From Candidatus Aminicenantales bacterium (lineage in GTDB: Bacteria; Acidobacteriota; Aminicenantia; Aminicenantales; Saccharicenantaceae), in assembly GCA_049512315.1 (NCBI GenBank), contig JBEKXF010000004.1, positions 89,144 to 153,143 on the forward strand: a stretch of 64,000 nucleotides of DNA, read 5' to 3'. A model generated the notes under the pieces. The model worked only from the letters and a program-made list of their open reading frames with translations, did no database searches and was not told the DNA's origin. Position 1 is the first letter of the stretch. Every line of letters starts with the position of its first letter. Positions 62,827 to 64,000 of the stretch are shown piece after piece. Position numbers and translations under genes: made by a program.

Positions 62827-63999
62827 CTATGGAGCGCGTTTGAGCGAGGCCAGCCGGGCCCGGGCGTCCTTGAGCTCGGCAAAACGCGGGTCCGCGTCCG
62901 CCCAATATTTGAGGAATTTTTCGTACTGGAAGCGGGCCTTGTCCTTCTCGCCCTTCTGCTCCAGAATTCGCCCAAGCCGATAATGGTAGAGGGGATGAAT
63001 GAGCATGCGGAGCCGGTTCTTCGGGTCGATGGTCGTCAGCCGCTCGTATTCGGCGATGGCCTTGTCAAGATCGCCCTTTTTCCAGTAGGTCCTGGCCAGG
63101 ACGTCCTTGAGAAACGGCGTATTATGCCTAGGCATGTAGCTCGTGTTCACGGATGGCAGGATCCCGAACACGATCTTTTCCCCGAGGCTGATCGCCTGTT
63201 TCACGGAATTCCCGGCCAGGGCGGCCTCGGCGCCGAGGAGCAGCCGACGAAACGTCATCTCCTCCCGTGAGGCCGGATCCATCCCGGGGAGAAGATTCTC
63301 GATCTCTGTGAGACGGGCCTTCAAGGCATCCAGCCGGCCTTGCTTGAGCTCGACCCAGCCGAGGCTGAAACTGTGAGCTGCCGCATAATAGGCCCGGCTT
63401 GATGGATTGGCCTTTACGCTATAATCCGTCCAACTCTGGAACGCCGTCCGAGCCTTGTCGAATTCTCCCCTGTCCGCGTAGAGGAATCCCGTGATCCAGT
63501 CCACGAACGCAACGCCGAAGGCAAACTTGAATTTCTCTGCCTGGCTTCGGAGGGAGAGAAAGCCGGTGAGCGAGCTGTCCAGCCGGCCGAGGAAATAATC
63601 GTAGAAATTCTTCTGGTAAAGCCCCTCCATTTTGGCCTGTGGCGTCGGGGCCTTCTTGACGAACTCCTCTTGCCAGCGCCCGGATTCTTCGTAATCCTCC
63701 TTGAGGGCATACACGTAGGCCAAGCCCTTGCAAGATTCGTAGAAGTCCGGCTTGATGGCCAGCGCTTCTCGATATTTCACCGCAGCCGCGTCCAGGTTTC
63801 CCAAGAAGAGATTCATCTCAGCGATGGAATCGACCGGATTGGGAAGCCCGGGATTCAGCTCGGCATAGCGTTCGAAGCGTTGAACCGCTTTGGCGAAATC
63901 TCCCGTCCTGGCGTAGGCATAGCCGAGCTGATTGACGGCAAAGCCGTACCTTGGATCGATAGCGATGGCCTTTTCGTATTCTCCGATGGCCTCTGGACT
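62827..63999 (-). CDS. TPR-rich protein C-terminus (partial; possibly another kinase-TPR)
   Basis: Frame stays open to the window edge (SPEAIGEYEKAIAIDP...); ends YEKFLKYWADADPRFAELKDARARL. Confidence 0.85.
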   Translation of the reverse strand, partial: SPEAIGEYEKAIAIDPRYGFAVNQLGYAYARTGDFAKAVQRFERYAELNPGLPNPVDSIAEMNLFLGNLDAAAVKYREALAIKPDFYESCKGLAYVYALKEDYEESGRWQEEFVKKAPTPQAKMEGLYQKNFYDYFLGRLDSSLTGFLSLRSQAEKFKFAFGVAFVDWITGFLYADRGEFDKARTAFQSWTDYSVKANPSSRAYYAAAHSFSLGWVELKQGRLDALKARLTEIENLLPGMDPASREEMTFRRLLLGAEAALAGNSVKQAISLGEKIVFGILPSVNTSYMPRHNTPFLKDVLARTYWKKGDLDKAIAEYERLTTIDPKNRLRMLIHPLYHYRLGRILEQKGEKDKARFQYEKFLKYWADADPRFAELKDARARLASLKRAP

Positions 64000-64000
64000 G

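Overview
GC-rich (about 65-70% by spot counts) bacterial chromosomal window. Gene content and style (zinc-ribbon Ser/Thr kinases, many TPR proteins and serine hydrolases) suggest Candidatus Aminicenantes or a relative; this is an inference. From left to right it holds the 3' part of the F1Fo ATP synthase operon (atpF partial, atpH, A, G, D, C), mfd with two parvulin/SurA PPIases, pdaD, two paralogous Ser/Thr kinases, a fucose/rhamnose cluster, envC-S41-yibQ, a GT9, several envelope and signalling genes, ndk, fbp and a two-component pair. No tRNA, rRNA, CRISPR array, integrase or transposase was seen. The best candidate for an undescribed system is a low-GC block at about 44.1-53.3 kb. It has two exported TPR-CHAT (caspase-like) proteases with intact His/Cys dyads, an ECF sigma with a membrane ZAS anti-sigma, a sensor-less sigma54 activator and a small secreted peptide gene. 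The peptide C-terminus shares an AT-rich segment with the TPR sensor of the adjacent protease, which suggests a peptide-sensing proteolytic signalling cassette. The second candidate is a pair of related structured non-coding elements (about 30525-30610 and 31918-31992), each directly behind an extended -10 promoter, with a covarying hairpin and a predicted pseudoknot. Also notable: a single-chain, signal-peptide-bearing PilN-PilO fusion and two pseudo-proteases.
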